64,000 bases of DNA from Patescibacteria group bacterium (GTDB lineage: Bacteria > Patescibacteriota > Patescibacteriia > Patescibacteriales > JAQTRU01). The stretch lies in the NCBI GenBank assembly GCA_041645555.1, contig JBAZPX010000002.1, positions 8,958-72,957 on the forward strand. Reading direction: 5' to 3'. Both the position numbers and the translations under genes were made by a program. This document shows positions 1-8,495 of the stretch, one piece after another; position 1 is the first letter of the stretch; each line of letters opens with the position of its first letter. A model generated the notes under the pieces. It made no database searches. It saw only the letters and a program-made list of their open reading frames with translations, and was not told the DNA's origin.

Positions 1-112
1 ATTGTCTGCCCGCTGGATGTAAGATATCGCTAATAGCGCTAATAAAACGAATTGAGCGAATGGAGCGAATACTCCCAGTTGGAGACTACAAATTTTTAGC
101 GATAAAAAAATT

Positions 113-1273
113 ATGATGGAAAAAATAAAAAAAATATTAGAGAAAAGCAGGGTTGTTATATTGCTAGTTTCTGTTTTAATTATCGGACTTCTGGCTGGCG
201 TAGTCGGGGAGATAGTTTCACGCGTTTATATGTTTGAGGATGCTTACAATATTCCTTTCTTCGGCAATATCAGTTTTTCCGATAATAATTACCGGGGAGC
301 CAATTTAGTTATCCAGGGGGCAAAAAAGGTGGTGGTGGAGCAGAATGTAAAGGTCGCCGAGATTATAAATTCCATAAGCGGTAATTTGGCCGGAATTTTT
401 AAAAAGATCAAGACGGCCGATTCTGAATCAAAATTTAACCTTGATAGTTATTATAAACTAGACCAAGCAACGGGGCTCGGGCTTATTATTACCAGCGACG
501 GCTGGATTATAACCGACGCTTTGCCTAAAAATTTAAGTTATGAAAATATTTCAGAGGGTTTTACGGTTATTGACAAGGAGAAGCGGATATATAAGATTGA
601 CCAAGTAATAAAAGATACTTTGACCCCCTTTTCTTTTATCCACATAGAAGGAGCAAGAGATTTCCCCGCTCAGCAATTCGCGGAAAGTAAAGTAGAAAAC
701 GGGCAATTGGTGATAGCCGCTTCTTGGTCGGGAGACAGCTACCTGACCTCGATTATCGGAAGCCGGGAGGAGGGCTTATTAAGATCAAGCGATAATTTTT
801 CCGATGAACTTATCATCGCCGATGTTTCCGGCCAGGGCCTAAAAGAAGCGGTTCTGTTTGACCTGACTGGCAGAATTATCGGCCTCCTTGACAGTGAAGG
901 GAAAGTAAGGCCGATAAGCCATTTCCAGTCGGCTATTAAGAGTTTGCTTAAGAACAGGGATGTAAAACGCCCGAGTTTAGGAGTTAATTATCTTGATTTA
1001 TCTCTTTTGGCGAAGGAGAACAACAAGTATAAAAAAGGCGCTCTTATCTATAAAGGCGCAAGCGGTATCAGTGTCATAAAAAACAGTCCGGCGGGGAAAG
1101 CCGGCCTGAAAGAGGGGGATATTATAATCCAAGTTGATAATACGGAAATTAATGAAAATAATAATTTAACTAGTGTCATTCAGGGTTATTCAGCCGGCGA
1201 TAAAATAAATATTGATTATTTGCGAGCGGGGGAAAAGTTGGAAGTTGGAGTAGAATTAGGGGAGATAAAATAA
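113..1273 (+). CDS. HtrA/DegP-like trypsin-fold protein with C-terminal PDZ domain and N-terminal membrane anchor; catalytic His and Ser apparently missing
   Basis: N-terminal TM helix. GLGLIITSDGWIITDA aligns to the HtrA GSGfiis.dGyilTNxHV block without His. SGQGLKEAVLF sits where GNSGGPL is expected. PDZ-like NSPAGKAGLKEGDIIIQVDN. Confidence 0.6.
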   Translation: MMEKIKKILEKSRVVILLVSVLIIGLLAGVVGEIVSRVYMFEDAYNIPFFGNISFSDNNYRGANLVIQGAKKVVVEQNVKVAEIINSISGNLAGIFKKIKTADSESKFNLDSYYKLDQATGLGLIITSDGWIITDALPKNLSYENISEGFTVIDKEKRIYKIDQVIKDTLTPFSFIHIEGARDFPAQQFAESKVENGQLVIAASWSGDSYLTSIIGSREEGLLRSSDNFSDELIIADVSGQGLKEAVLFDLTGRIIGLLDSEGKVRPISHFQSAIKSLLKNRDVKRPSLGVNYLDLSLLAKENNKYKKGALIYKGASGISVIKNSPAGKAGLKEGDIIIQVDNTEINENNNLTSVIQGYSAGDKINIDYLRAGEKLEVGVELGEIK

Positions 1274-1297
1274 ATAATTCAGAGGAATAAAAAGGAC

Positions 1298-1326
1298 GGC
1301 GGGTATAAAGGCCGCCCTTTTTTATT
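1298..1326 (+). terminator. intrinsic terminator after the HtrA-like gene
   Basis: GGCGG/CCGCC stem with a 9-nt loop, followed by a T-run. Confidence 0.5.
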
Positions 1327-1362
1327 TTTCTTGGGATTGTGTTATAATATTGTTATCTGTTT

Positions 1363-2532
1363 ATGAGAATAAAATCGATTAGACAAGCAAAAAAACTGGC
1401 GGGCAAAAGAGTATTATTGCGAGCCGATTTTAATGTTCCTCTGGAAGGAGGCAGGGTTGCGGACGATTATAAAATAGTGGCGGGTTTGCCGACTATTCGT
1501 TTTCTTTTGCGCTACCGGTGCAAAATAATTATTGCCAACCATCTCGGACGGCCGGAAGGGGAAAGAGTAAAGAAATATTCGCTGGAGCCCGTAGCCAGGC
1601 ATTTGGGCAGATTGCTTGATGAGAAAGTTGGCTTTGTGGATGATTGCTTTGGTTTAAAAGCCGGCACGGCCGTGGGCAAAATGAGGCCGGGGGAGATTTT
1701 AATGCTGGAAAACCTGCGTTTTGCCAAAGGCGAGGAGAAAAATGATAAAAAATTTGCTCGGCAATTAGCTAGCTTAGCTGATATTTATGTTAATGACGCT
1801 TTTGCTAATAGCCATCGCCAGCATGCCTCTATGTCAGCCATTAAAAGATATCTGCCGTCTTATGCCGGCTTGTTGCTGGCCGAAGAAGTGGAGAATTTGA
1901 ATAAAATCATTAGGCCAAAGCCGCCATTGGTAGCGGTGATTGGCGGGGCAAAAATTGGAACTAAGATTTCTTTTATTAAGGAAATAAGCCAAAAGTCTTT
2001 TAAGGTTTTAATCGGCGGAGCTTTGGCTAACAATTTTTTTGCCGTTCGGGGAATGGAAATCGGCAGGTCCATGGTTGATAAAAAAAGCATTGCTTTAGCG
2101 AGGAAGCTAAGGGCGAAGAATATCCTCTTGCCTATTGACGTTGTCGTGAGCGATAATAAAGACGGCAGCGGCCCGGCGGAAGTGAAAAATGTTTTTAAAG
2201 TTAATAAAAACGAGGCAATTTTAGATATTGGGCCGAAAACCATAAGATTATATTCTTTATTTTTAAAAAAAGCCCAGACGATTATTTGGAACGGGCCGAT
2301 GGGTATGTTTGAGCAAAGCCATTTTAAGCATGGCACCCTGTCAATCGCGCGGGTAATCGCGTCTCGTTCCCGCGGCCGGGCGTTTGGCGTCGTCGGCGGC
2401 GGGGAAACGATTGAGGCTTTAAAGATAACCGGAATGGAGCATTACGTGGACTGGATTTCAACCGGCGGCGGAGCGACTTTGGCTTTTTTAAGCGGAGCCG
2501 AAATGCCCGGGCTTAGTAAAATAATAAAATAA
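1363..2532 (+). CDS. pgk: phosphoglycerate kinase
   Basis: Full-length PGK-like sequence (RADFNVP, ANHLGRP, GGGATLAFL motifs). Confidence 0.95.
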   Translation: MRIKSIRQAKKLAGKRVLLRADFNVPLEGGRVADDYKIVAGLPTIRFLLRYRCKIIIANHLGRPEGERVKKYSLEPVARHLGRLLDEKVGFVDDCFGLKAGTAVGKMRPGEILMLENLRFAKGEEKNDKKFARQLASLADIYVNDAFANSHRQHASMSAIKRYLPSYAGLLLAEEVENLNKIIRPKPPLVAVIGGAKIGTKISFIKEISQKSFKVLIGGALANNFFAVRGMEIGRSMVDKKSIALARKLRAKNILLPIDVVVSDNKDGSGPAEVKNVFKVNKNEAILDIGPKTIRLYSLFLKKAQTIIWNGPMGMFEQSHFKHGTLSIARVIASRSRGRAFGVVGGGETIEALKITGMEHYVDWISTGGGATLAFLSGAEMPGLSKIIK

Positions 2533-2563
2533 TATAAAAATAAAATAATAAAATAAAAATATA

Positions 2564-2959
2564 ATGGAGGGGATAAATCAAAAGCAGCATAGTTTTGAAG
2601 ATATAAAAGCCTGGCAATTAGCTAGAAATTTCCGAAAGAATATCTATAAAATCACGAAAATTTTTCCCAGAGAGGAGTTATATTGTCTGACAGCACAGAT
2701 GAGAAGGGCGGTTATCTCAATAACTTCCAATATTGCTGAAGGTTATGGCCGATACAATTTTCAAGAAAATATACAATTCTGCCGGACGGCCAGAGGTTCT
2801 CTTATTGAAATTTTAGACCAGCTTTATGTTGCTTTAGATGAAAGCTATATAAACCAAGAAAAATTTGATAATCTATATAATGAGGGGAAAAATGTGGAAA
2901 GAGCCATTAATGGTTATATAGGATTTCTAAAAGAGCAGCAGCTAAAATACAGAAAGTAG
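2564..2959 (+). CDS. four-helix-bundle protein (23S rRNA intervening-sequence protein family)
   Basis: AWQLARNF...FPREELYCLTAQMRRAVISITSNIAEGYGR...ARGSLIEI matches the family signature. Flanked by AT-rich inverted low-complexity repeats. Confidence 0.8.
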   Translation: MEGINQKQHSFEDIKAWQLARNFRKNIYKITKIFPREELYCLTAQMRRAVISITSNIAEGYGRYNFQENIQFCRTARGSLIEILDQLYVALDESYINQEKFDNLYNEGKNVERAINGYIGFLKEQQLKYRK

Positions 2960-3001
2960 TTAATTTTTTATATTATTTTATTATTTTATTATTTTAATTC
3001 T

Positions 3002-3763
3002 ATGATTCCAAACAAAATTGTGACAATCTTTATCGCGACTTTTTTAACGCTTGGCTCAATTTATCTGGCGATTTTAAGCTGGAACGCCGTCAAGACCCAT
3101 GATTATATCGGTATTAGTGAGCAACAACGCCATTCAATTACGGTTATGGGAGACGGCGAAGTAATTGGCGTGCCGGATATAGCCAAGGTCCAGCTTGGTT
3201 ATAGTATAGAAAAGAAAACGGTAGCCGCGGCCCAGGCAGATAATACGGAAAAGATGAACGCCGTTATAAAAAAGTTAAAAGATGACTTTAAGGTTGATGC
3301 CAAAGATATAAAGACAATAAATTACAGCATTTACGCGCAGTATGACTGGAATAAGGGCACGCAAATTTTTCGGGGCTATGAGGTAAGCCAGAGTCTTGAA
3401 GTAAAGTTAAGGGAGATGGAAAAAGTAAGCCAAATTTTAGACGCGGCCGGCGGTTTAGGATTAAATCAGATCGGCAGCTTAACGTTTGAAGTTGACGATG
3501 AAGAAATATTAAAACAGGAAGCAAGGATTAAGGCCATAGAAGCGGCCAAAACTAAGGCCGAAGATTTAGCAAAAGTAGCCGGGGTTAAATTAGGCCGGAT
3601 TATCAGTTTTTCCGAATCAGGCGATGGAACCATGCCCGTCGCTTACCGTTCCAGCTATAAAACGACTGACGAGGCATTAGGTATGGGCGGGGCCACTCCG
3701 GAAATTGAAGCTGGCAGCAGCGAGATAAAAATAACCGCCACGGTTGAGTACGAAATACTTTAA
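3002..3763 (+). CDS. SIMPL/DUF541 family periplasmic-type protein
   Basis: N-terminal TM/signal. GDGEVIGVPDIAKVQLGY, tandem alpha/beta halves and C-terminal ITATVEYEI are typical of SIMPL. Confidence 0.75.
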   Translation: MIPNKIVTIFIATFLTLGSIYLAILSWNAVKTHDYIGISEQQRHSITVMGDGEVIGVPDIAKVQLGYSIEKKTVAAAQADNTEKMNAVIKKLKDDFKVDAKDIKTINYSIYAQYDWNKGTQIFRGYEVSQSLEVKLREMEKVSQILDAAGGLGLNQIGSLTFEVDDEEILKQEARIKAIEAAKTKAEDLAKVAGVKLGRIISFSESGDGTMPVAYRSSYKTTDEALGMGGATPEIEAGSSEIKITATVEYEIL

Positions 3764-3782
3764 ATCAATTATCAATTACTAT

Positions 3783-4177
3783 GTCATTGCGAGGAGCGTA
3801 GCGACGAAGCAATCTAACGAACACCTAAAATAATATGAGGGAGGAAAGGTGTCATTATGTTTATATAAACACCAACAAATGGAATTCGGTTTTGTATACC
3901 GGAGTGACTAATAATTTACTAAATAGAAATTACCAACATAAAATAAAGGAGAATAAGGAAAGTTTTACGGCTAAGTATAAAGCCAATAAACTTGTTTATT
4001 ATGAAATATTCTCTGACATTCGTGACGCTATCGCCAGAGAAAAGCAAATCAAAGCCGGTTCAAGAAAAAAGAAAATTGAGCTGATAAAAGAGTTTAATCC
4101 AAAGTGGCGAGATTTAAGTGAGGATTTATAATTCGTTAGATTGCCGCGTCCCGCCTGCGGACGGGACTCGCAATGAC
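3783..4177. mobile_element. GIY-YIG cassette bounded by a two-block inverted repeat (copy 1)
   Basis: Left arm GTCATTGCGAG (3783-3793) and CAATCTAACGAA (3810-3821). Right arm TTCGTTAGATTG (4132-4143) and CTCGCAATGAC (4167-4177). The same architecture recurs at 29858-30258. Confidence 0.45.
3835..4131 (+). CDS. GIY-YIG family nuclease (URI domain)
   Basis: YVYINTNKWNSVLYTGVTNNLLNRNYQH ... REKQIKAGSRKKK. Paralog at 29916-30212. Confidence 0.85.
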   Translation: MREERCHYVYINTNKWNSVLYTGVTNNLLNRNYQHKIKENKESFTAKYKANKLVYYEIFSDIRDAIAREKQIKAGSRKKKIELIKEFNPKWRDLSEDL

Positions 4178-4188
4178 AATAAGAAGAA

Positions 4189-5322
4189 ATGGATAAGCAA
4201 ACCCTAAAAACCAAATTAAAACAGCAAGCCAAGAAAATCGCTTGGCGGGTAATTACCACGGTTATTTTAACTTTAACCGCGGTGATTACGGTTTGGGTTT
4301 ACGCCGCTTTTGTTGAACCCCTGGCCGGACCAAATTCTTCCGACCAGGATTTTGCCCAGAATATTTTAGGCAATAATGACGCTAATAATGATTTTAGCTC
4401 TTCTAATGTCGCTTCTAACGCGGATGGAAGTATTATTGAAAGGCAGGAATATCAGCAAACCCAAATCGGCACTTATGCGGATGCCACGACAACGCCAGCT
4501 GCGGCGGCTTCAGTTTTTGCGGCTTTAAAGGGACTGGATTATTATGGGTATCAGGAGTACACCAGTGGAAGCGGCAATTGGACCGTGCCCGCGGGTGTAA
4601 ATTTTATTGATGTGTTGCTTGTTGCGGGTGGTGGAGGAGGAGGTGGTGGTACTGCTACGGTCGGGGGTGGAGGAGGAGGTGGTGGAGAGATAGTTATGAG
4701 AAGAAACTATAAAGTCGCTGGTTCTGCCACTATAGCATACAGTGTTGGAGCGGGTGGGGCAGGTGGTGCCGCGAGTACTGCGGGTAATAGCGGAGCAAAT
4801 ACTACTTTCGGAACGCTGACTGCTTACTTAGGGAATGGTGGTGGCACAAATGCGAGTGGAGCAACACGTGGTCAGGGAGGACATTGGGCAGGAATTCTCA
4901 GTGCTGGAAGTCTTACCCTTGGGGATACAGCAACTGGAGGAGCAGGTGGAGGCTTGTGGTCTGCACCAGATGGCTCAACTGCCTTAGCAACGATGGCTTG
5001 TGGGCAAAATGGTAAAGTAATAGGTGGTCTGGATTTCATCCGTATTGGGGGCGGGGGTGGTGCTGCTGGGGGTCCTATAAACGAAGGAAAAGGTTTTGGT
5101 GGGCATTCTCTTAGTACCGGTGGTAGTGATACAGGTTCCGGTGGTGCTACAGCAGCCGGTTATCCTGGCGGAGGTTCTTATGGTGCTGGTGCGGATGTTA
5201 AAGCTTCAGATGCCGTAGGTAATTCAGCAGTAGCTAATTCAGGTGGGGGTGGAGGAGGTGGATACGGGAATAACAAGGCTGGTGGTGCCGGCGGTTCAGG
5301 GTATATTTTAATAACTTGGTAG
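4189..5322 (+). CDS. membrane-anchored protein: shared N-terminal constant region plus glycine-rich C-terminal domain
   Basis: The first ~88 aa are homologous to the genes at 30266, 31126 and 31675 (TM helix, EPLAGPN, DGSIIER). The C-terminus has poly-Gly runs, WTVPAGV and a terminal GGSGYILITW, like phage/CPR glycine-rich domains. Confidence 0.8.
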   Translation: MDKQTLKTKLKQQAKKIAWRVITTVILTLTAVITVWVYAAFVEPLAGPNSSDQDFAQNILGNNDANNDFSSSNVASNADGSIIERQEYQQTQIGTYADATTTPAAAASVFAALKGLDYYGYQEYTSGSGNWTVPAGVNFIDVLLVAGGGGGGGGTATVGGGGGGGGEIVMRRNYKVAGSATIAYSVGAGGAGGAASTAGNSGANTTFGTLTAYLGNGGGTNASGATRGQGGHWAGILSAGSLTLGDTATGGAGGGLWSAPDGSTALATMACGQNGKVIGGLDFIRIGGGGGAAGGPINEGKGFGGHSLSTGGSDTGSGGATAAGYPGGGSYGAGADVKASDAVGNSAVANSGGGGGGGYGNNKAGGAGGSGYILITW

Positions 5323-5460
5323 TAATATAGATAAAAAATAAAATATAAAAAATTTTTCCTATAATTTTTATTTTTAATCTTTAATCTTCCCCGCCACTTT
5401 ATCATATATTATATTTAAGGGCGGGGTCCCGCCAAGGCGGTGATAATTTTTTTGAACAAT

Positions 5461-6744
5461 ATGCCTAAAATAAAAAAAATAGTGGCGCGGGAAATTTTAG
5501 ATTCCCGCGGCAATCCGACGATTGAGACTAGAGTAGAACTGGATAATGGCTTGGCGGCTTCCGCCAGCGTGCCTTCTGGCGCTTCTACCGGAGAGCATGA
5601 AGCTTATGAATTGCGGGATGGAGATAAAAAAAGGTATGATGGCTTAGGAGTTTTAAAAGCGGTGGAAAATGTTAATAATAAAATTTTTAAGGTTTTGGCC
5701 GGAAAAGCGATAGCGAGACAGGAAGAAATTGACCGGGAGATGATAAAAGCAGACGGCACGGATAACAAAAGCAAACTAGGCGCTAACGCGATTTTGTCTG
5801 TGTCCTTGGCTTGTGCCCGGGCAGGCGCTTTGGCCGAGGGCAAGGAACTATACGAATATCTGGCTGATAGTTTTAAATTTCAAAATCCCCCAACCCCCTT
5901 TTCGAAAGGGGGCAAATACCGAATGCCAACGCCATTTTTTAATATTTTTAACGGGGGCAAGCACGCAGACACTAATTTAGATTTTCAGGAGTTTATGATT
6001 GCGCCGGTTAAAAAAATGAGTTTTATTGAAAAAGTAAGAATGGGGGCGGAAATTTTTCATGAGCTAGGCCGGGTTTTAAAAAAGGCCGGGTTTGATACGG
6101 ATGTCGGAAGCGAAGGCGGTTATGCTCCTGATATTATTTCCAGCATTCAAGCGATTGAGTTAATCCTGGCGGCGGTTTTAGAAGCCGGTTATACGCCGGG
6201 TAAAGACATCGGGCTGGGGATTGATGTCGGCTCCTCCGGGCTTTACAATAAAAAGGCGGAAAAATATATTTTTAAGTTAGACCAGGCGAATTTTACAAAT
6301 AACACCTTAATTGGTTTATATTATGAATGGTTTAGGAAATATCCGATTATTTCCTTAGAAGACGGACTGGCTGAAGACGATTGGGAAGGGTGGCGGGAGT
6401 TAACGAAAGAACTGGGAGAGGAGATGTTAATAGTCGGAGATGACTTGTTCGCTACTAATATTAATCGTCTGCGGCGGGGCCAGAAGGAAAGAGCGGCCAA
6501 TACGATTTTAATAAAACCAAACCAGGTTGGAACTTTAACCGAAACCATAGAATGCGTGAAGTTTGCCCAAAAGCACAATTATAAATTAATGGTTTCGCAC
6601 CGGAGCGGGGAGACCGGCGATGATTTTATCGCGGATTTAGCCGTCGCCGTTGGCGCGGATTATATCAAAGCCGGGTCGCTTTCCAGGGGAGAGAGAGTGG
6701 CGAAGTATAATAGACTAATGGAAATAGAAAGTCAGCTAAAATAA
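5461..6744 (+). CDS. eno: enolase
   Basis: MPKIKKIVAREILDSRGNPTIE start and full-length enolase motifs. Start chosen at the ATG at 5461 rather than the ORF-track start. Confidence 0.95.
   Translation: MPKIKKIVAREILDSRGNPTIETRVELDNGLAASASVPSGASTGEHEAYELRDGDKKRYDGLGVLKAVENVNNKIFKVLAGKAIARQEEIDREMIKADGTDNKSKLGANAILSVSLACARAGALAEGKELYEYLADSFKFQNPPTPFSKGGKYRMPTPFFNIFNGGKHADTNLDFQEFMIAPVKKMSFIEKVRMGAEIFHELGRVLKKAGFDTDVGSEGGYAPDIISSIQAIELILAAVLEAGYTPGKDIGLGIDVGSSGLYNKKAEKYIFKLDQANFTNNTLIGLYYEWFRKYPIISLEDGLAEDDWEGWRELTKELGEEMLIVGDDLFATNINRLRRGQKERAANTILIKPNQVGTLTETIECVKFAQKHNYKLMVSHRSGETGDDFIADLAVAVGADYIKAGSLSRGERVAKYNRLMEIESQLK
5884..5918 (+). repeat. palindromic element family D copy, in frame inside eno
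   Basis: AATCCCCCAACCCCCTTTTCGAAAGGGGGCAAA. 31/33 identical to the reverse complement of 46780-46814. Related copy at 62456-62485. Confidence 0.75.
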
Positions 6745-6880
6745 TTTTCAATTCTCAATTTTTAATTTTTAAATAATTTTCAATGAATTAATTTCCAATT
6801 TATTATTTTTGTTTTAAAAATTGAAACATTTTGACATTGTTTAAAAATTGGAAATTATAAATTAGAAATTTTGAATTTTT

Positions 6881-8458
6881 ATGCTTAAACAAGAAAAATC
6901 AAAAAAACCGGTAAAGAATAACCTGCCAATTATTTTAGTAATCCTCGACGGTTGGGGTCTAGCCAAACCAGACAAAGGCAATGCGATAACTTTGGCCGAA
7001 ACGCCGACGATGAATGGCATAACCAGAAAATACCCTTTTACCCAATTGCATGCCCACGGCCGGTATGTCGGTTTGCCGCCGAAGCAGGATGGCAACAGTG
7101 AAGCCGGGCATATGAATATCGGCGCCGGCCGGACAGTGGAACAGGATGCGGTTAAGATTTCTAAAAGCATCAATGACGGAACTTTTTTCAAAAACACGGC
7201 CCTGTTAGAAGCTATAAAGCATGCCAGAGCCAACAAATCAAAAATGCATTTAATGGGCATGCTGTCTAACGGCATGAGCGCCCATAGCGAACCGGACCAT
7301 ATTTTGGCCTTGCTTACTTTACTTCAAAAAAATAAAGTAAATAATATTTTTATCCATTTATTCACGGACGGCCGGGATTCTCCGAAATATTCCGCTTTAA
7401 AATTAATAGAGGACATGGAGCGCAGTTTTAAAAATAACGAGCAAATTGCCACGATTATAGGAAGATTTTACGCCATGGACCGGAAGAAAAAATGGGAACG
7501 GACCAAGATGGCTTACGACGCCTTGCTTTTAGGCCAAGGCCATAAAGCTAAAAGCGCCCGCGCCGCCATAAGCGAGAGCTATAATAAAGGGGATAATGAT
7601 GAATTTATCGAGCCCTATATAATAAATCCAGCCGGCCGGATAGAAGATAACGACAGCGTCATATTTTTTAATTTGCGGTCTGACCGCGCCCGGCAGCTGG
7701 CTAAGATTTTTGTTCAGAAAGATTTCAACAATGATAATCCCGGTTCATTAAAGAGGGGCAAGGTTTTAAAAAACTTGTGCTTTGTGGCCATGACTGATTT
7801 TGGGCCGGATTTAGATTCTATCGTTTCCGCTTTTCCCAGTGTTGATTTAAAACAAACCTTGCCCATGGTATTGTCGGATATAAAGCAGCTTTATTTGGCG
7901 GAAACGGAAAAGTACGCTCACGTCACTTACTTTTTTAACGGCGGTTATTCCGGCCGGGTTAATGGCGAAGACCAGGCGGTAATCGCTTCTCCGGATGTTA
8001 GGTCTTATGACGCCACGCCGGCGATGGAATCAGGAGAACTGGCGAAGACCGTAATTTATGATCTTAAAAAGAAAAAATATGATTTTACCGTTCTTAATTT
8101 TGCCGCGCCGGATATGATCGGCCATACCGGCAATTTGGAAGCGGGCATAAAATGCTGCCACGAAGTTGATAAATATCTCGGCCAGATTATAAAAGCTTAT
8201 CTGGAAGTCGACGGGACCGTTATCGTAACCGCTGACCATGGCAATATAGAGGAGATGATAAACGTAGAAAGCGGGGAAATTGATACCGAGCATTCAACCA
8301 ACCCCGTGCCGTTTGTCATAGTTAACAAGAAATACAGGGGAGCGAAGAAGATTGGATTGAAAGAAAGGGGAGTTCTGGGGGATATTGCTCCGACTATTCT
8401 GGGATTAATGGGCCGGGGGAAGCCGAAGGAAATGACAGGAGAAAGCCTGATTAAATAA
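6881..8458 (+). CDS. gpmI: 2,3-bisphosphoglycerate-independent phosphoglycerate mutase (paralog 1)
   Basis: LDGWG, GNSEAGH, RFYAMDR, ETEKYAHVTYFFNGG, ADHGN motifs. Confidence 0.9.
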   Translation: MLKQEKSKKPVKNNLPIILVILDGWGLAKPDKGNAITLAETPTMNGITRKYPFTQLHAHGRYVGLPPKQDGNSEAGHMNIGAGRTVEQDAVKISKSINDGTFFKNTALLEAIKHARANKSKMHLMGMLSNGMSAHSEPDHILALLTLLQKNKVNNIFIHLFTDGRDSPKYSALKLIEDMERSFKNNEQIATIIGRFYAMDRKKKWERTKMAYDALLLGQGHKAKSARAAISESYNKGDNDEFIEPYIINPAGRIEDNDSVIFFNLRSDRARQLAKIFVQKDFNNDNPGSLKRGKVLKNLCFVAMTDFGPDLDSIVSAFPSVDLKQTLPMVLSDIKQLYLAETEKYAHVTYFFNGGYSGRVNGEDQAVIASPDVRSYDATPAMESGELAKTVIYDLKKKKYDFTVLNFAAPDMIGHTGNLEAGIKCCHEVDKYLGQIIKAYLEVDGTVIVTADHGNIEEMINVESGEIDTEHSTNPVPFVIVNKKYRGAKKIGLKERGVLGDIAPTILGLMGRGKPKEMTGESLIK

Positions 8459-8495
8459 TATAAAAATAAAATAATAAAATAATAAAAATTTGCAC

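Noticed and set aside
5178-5405. Minus-strand proline-rich ORF.
   Set aside because: It is the antisense reading of the GGN-rich glycine-domain gene, where poly-Gly codons read as poly-Pro.
6745-6880. Periodic AT-rich word repeats (also at 14400-14580, 23855-23940 and 48426-48580), considered as a possible CRISPR array.
   Set aside because: There is no constant repeat alternating with unique spacers of regular length. They are short inverted or direct low-complexity words forming hairpins. No cas genes are present.
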